A DNA stretch of 63,606 bases, the filler included, from Collodictyon triciliatum (Eukaryota): NCBI GenBank assembly GCA_043381765.1. It is 4 parts of 4 records of this genome, joined end to end, with 100 filler letters (N's around TTAATTAATTAA, not from the genome) between each part and the next. Parts side by side here need not be neighbours in the genome. Positions count along the whole stretch, not along the records: positions 47,641 to 63,606 come from JBHJMP010000011.1; 3 more parts are not named here. One strand, 5' to 3'. Each line of letters begins with the position of its first letter. The stretch's first letter is position 1. Shown piece after piece: positions 61,066-63,606 of the stretch. The notes under the pieces are model-generated. The model made no database searches. It was not told the origin of the DNA and saw only the letters and a list, made by a program, of their open reading frames with translations. A program made the position numbers and the translations under genes.

Positions 61066-61490
61066 AGATGCACTAACCCCCTCCTTGGGATCGAACATAC
61101 TTTGGGAAGAGTCCATCCAATTGCGCTTACCGGACAGCGGAGGCCCTTGCCTGATTGCCTTCTGCACTGCAGAAAACGCCCGAAAGCTTAAGGAGCTGAA
61201 GCAAGTTTGTTGATTTACTTCTGCTAAAACTGATTAAAATATCAGAGACCTCGGTGATGCTCTACCAACCACCGCTGGGCGTGTGGCCGCAACTCATTCG
61301 TGACGAGCTGAAGCCGTTCAGACCGACCCACGTGGATATCGAAAAGGACAAAGGCTTCTTCACAAACACGCCCGTGGTGAGGCTTCTTTGTCACAAAAAC
61401 CAGCTCCCTGCAAAGTTTACGGTCATGGGCAAAAAGTGTCCAAAGCGCATCCTCAAAGAGCGTCCGCCAGCCGCGAATAACGAACGATAA
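61066..61490 (+). CDS. Possible two-exon hypothetical coding fragment
   Basis: Open frame 61066-61204 ends at a GT donor; an AG acceptor near 61247 leads into the 61254-61490 ORF. No recognisable motif. Confidence 0.25.
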
Positions 61491-63100
61491 GCAAGAGCTC
61501 CGCAAAAGAATGCACCTGCCAAGCAGACAAGCATTGATAAACAATTGGGAACCTCTCACAGACGCCAAGAATTTTTTTCATGGGAGTGCGGAGATATGTT
61601 CGAAGTTGAAGGGGTGATAAAAAAAAAATAACAAAAGACATTCAGTTATTGCATACCTATAGGGACTTAATAGTTCATTCAATCCTGGGTGCTGCACTTA
61701 ATTCCGTTGTGCACATCTGATATTTTGGTCATTTAGAATCATTTTCCTTTTTGTGACCTAAAATAAAGCACCAGACAACACAAACCGCCTACACAACAAC
61801 TGGCATTATTATCGGAGATTGTTTTACTCATGTGCGGTGAAGACGGAGCCCCTCTAATGTATATTGGTTTATCGCTCTGCTCTTTTCCACCACCGTTCAT
61901 TTCCCCAAACTTTCTTTGTTTTATCAAATTCAAGAATCCTACCCGAGGTCGGTGGCTCAAGATTCTGCACAACCATTTCAAATGAAGTCAAGAGAAGATT
62001 ACGAGACGAGACTGACAGCTTGGGGGAACCTTGGCGAGTCCTGCACGAATATGTAGGAGACTGGTTGGATATAGTACCCAGGGAAAAAAATAAAAAGGTT
62101 ATGTCCTTTAACGCAAGTGGCGTGAATAAGCCATGATTTTTTTTTATTCTTCCTTTCAATTTTGTGCGAGATAGATGCGGTTTTGGCTTTGGTGTGGAAT
62201 AAACCATGATAAAATCAGTATTATACGAGGCGCAGTCTTGGTGGAGCTTATTTATTGCTTAAAGCATATTTCTGTTCCAACCACACGTAAGCCAGGAGGC
62301 GCTCGACTCTATCAAGAGAGCAGGATATGTGGGAATGAATGGAAAAGAATGTGTGAGGAATCTGAACCAAGGCCGAGAGAGCAAGCAACAAAAACGAGTT
62401 TGCGCAGCACCAACAGGTTGCTTTTCGTAATTTACATTTATGGAAATGATACAGTATAAACATAATAAAGTGACATGCATTCGTATAGACTTCAATAATA
62501 CCTCAAATCTATCACATAATACACTATGTATGCATAATCATGGAATGTACACGCCGCAACTAAGTCTAATGGCTCTAAGCCGTGAGATGAGATGGCGTTC
62601 TATTTTGGAATAAGATGGCGTTCTATTCTTCCAAATATGGGTATAGACCACACCTCACATTTTTCTTCCTTCGAGCCCGCTCTTATCGGTTCCTTTCTGG
62701 TTTATTGAATTTGCCAAAAAAATAAATAAAAAAAGAATCGCCAAGTGGGATACCTTTGATACGGCCAATAGAAGCGCCACAAAAACTCTGCGACTCAGCT
62801 TCATTTATTCAGAATTGAGTTATTCATCAGACGGAAGAGTTGGTACTAGACTTCCTCATTGTTGTCGTAGTAACAAACAAAAGGAAGATACACCACCGAC
62901 GCATAAGAGTAGGGGAGAAAAAGACCACGGGGCGAAATAGAACTATAATGCTCCTGCAAGTAGTTGGTACTTTTTTCGTTGACGGTGCTGCTCTAACTCT
63001 TGGGTGAAAATATTCAAGGGCTTTGGTGAGAAAAATAGAAAGAAAAAAGAGCACACCCCTCCTCCTACCCCTCTCGGTCGTCTTCAGATAAAGACACAGA

Positions 63101-63220
63101 TTTTTTTTCCTTTATTCGATCCAAAGAAAAAAAAAGACATAGTTAATTAACTCATGTTCTGCACTTTCAGGAATGTTAAAAGCACAAGCAAGGCCTATTA
63201 TAAGCCACTCAGCGAAGAAG
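63101..63220 (-). mobile_element. 3' end of a longer copy of the poly(A)-tailed element (may extend beyond the window)
   Basis: T8-cctttattcgatccaaag matches the core of the TSD-flanked copies. Confidence 0.45.
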
Positions 63221-63606
63221 CCCCGTCCAGCCCTCCTCCATAACAGCGTCCAGCCCTCCTCCAAGACAGTATCCACCCCTCCTCCAAGACAGCATCCAAC
63301 CCACCCACCATAACAGCATCCACCCCTCCACCAAGACAGCTTCCAGCCCTCCTCCATAACAGCGCCCAGCCCCCCTCCATAACAGCGTCCAGCCCCCCTC
63401 CAAGACAGCATCCAGCCCCCCTCCAAGACAGCATCCACCCCGCCTCCAAGACAACGTCCAGCCCTCCTCCGGGACAGTATCCGCCCCCCCTCCGGGACAG
63501 AATCCTGCCCTCCTCCAAGACAGCATCCAACCCACCCACCATAACAGCATCCACCCCTCCACCAAGACAGCTTCCAGCCCTCCTCCATAACAGCGCCCAG
63601 CCCCCC
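63221..63606. repeat. GC-rich minisatellite, about 23-bp unit (ccaagacagcatccagccctcct and variants), running off the window
   Basis: About 16 variant units with higher-order reuse of unit runs. Confidence 0.92.

Noticed and set aside
63112-63588. Three overlapping Gly/Trp-rich ORFs
   Set aside because: Products of the 23-bp minisatellite; the unit length is not a multiple of three, so the same peptides cycle through the frames

Overview
Intron-dense, microsatellite-rich eukaryotic (protist; amoebozoan-like by inference) genomic DNA, not prokaryotic. Three 100-bp N44-TTAATTAATTAA-N44 linkers (29492, 38969, 47541) join contigs that are probably not adjacent, so the window is about four segments. 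Spliced genes, traced by hand: two soluble adenylate/guanylate cyclase-like STAND-TPR genes (both 5'-partial), an LRR multi-pass receptor with a one-LRR-per-69-nt-exon array, a RhoGEF-PH-RhoGAP protein, a GC-rich intronless glycosyltransferase, a kinesin-4-like motor (3'-partial), a cyclase-anchor-like membrane protein, a probable tandem two-domain Kv channel, AP-3 beta (5'-partial), a PPP1R37-like and a second LRR protein, cyclophilin H, and an ornithine decarboxylase homologue lacking the catalytic Cys-Asp. There is one tRNA-Ser(TGA). Most notable: (1) a decayed Fanzor (eukaryotic TnpB-family RNA-guided nuclease) at 35201-35845, mostly missed by the ORF track, with a candidate omegaRNA hairpin region and a 61-bp repeat array ending about 20 bp from the tRNA; (2) a family of tiny poly(A)-tailed insertions with 14-17 bp target-site duplications, the two perfect ones at L1-type TT/AAAA sites. 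No database searches were run; family calls rest on motif recognition.
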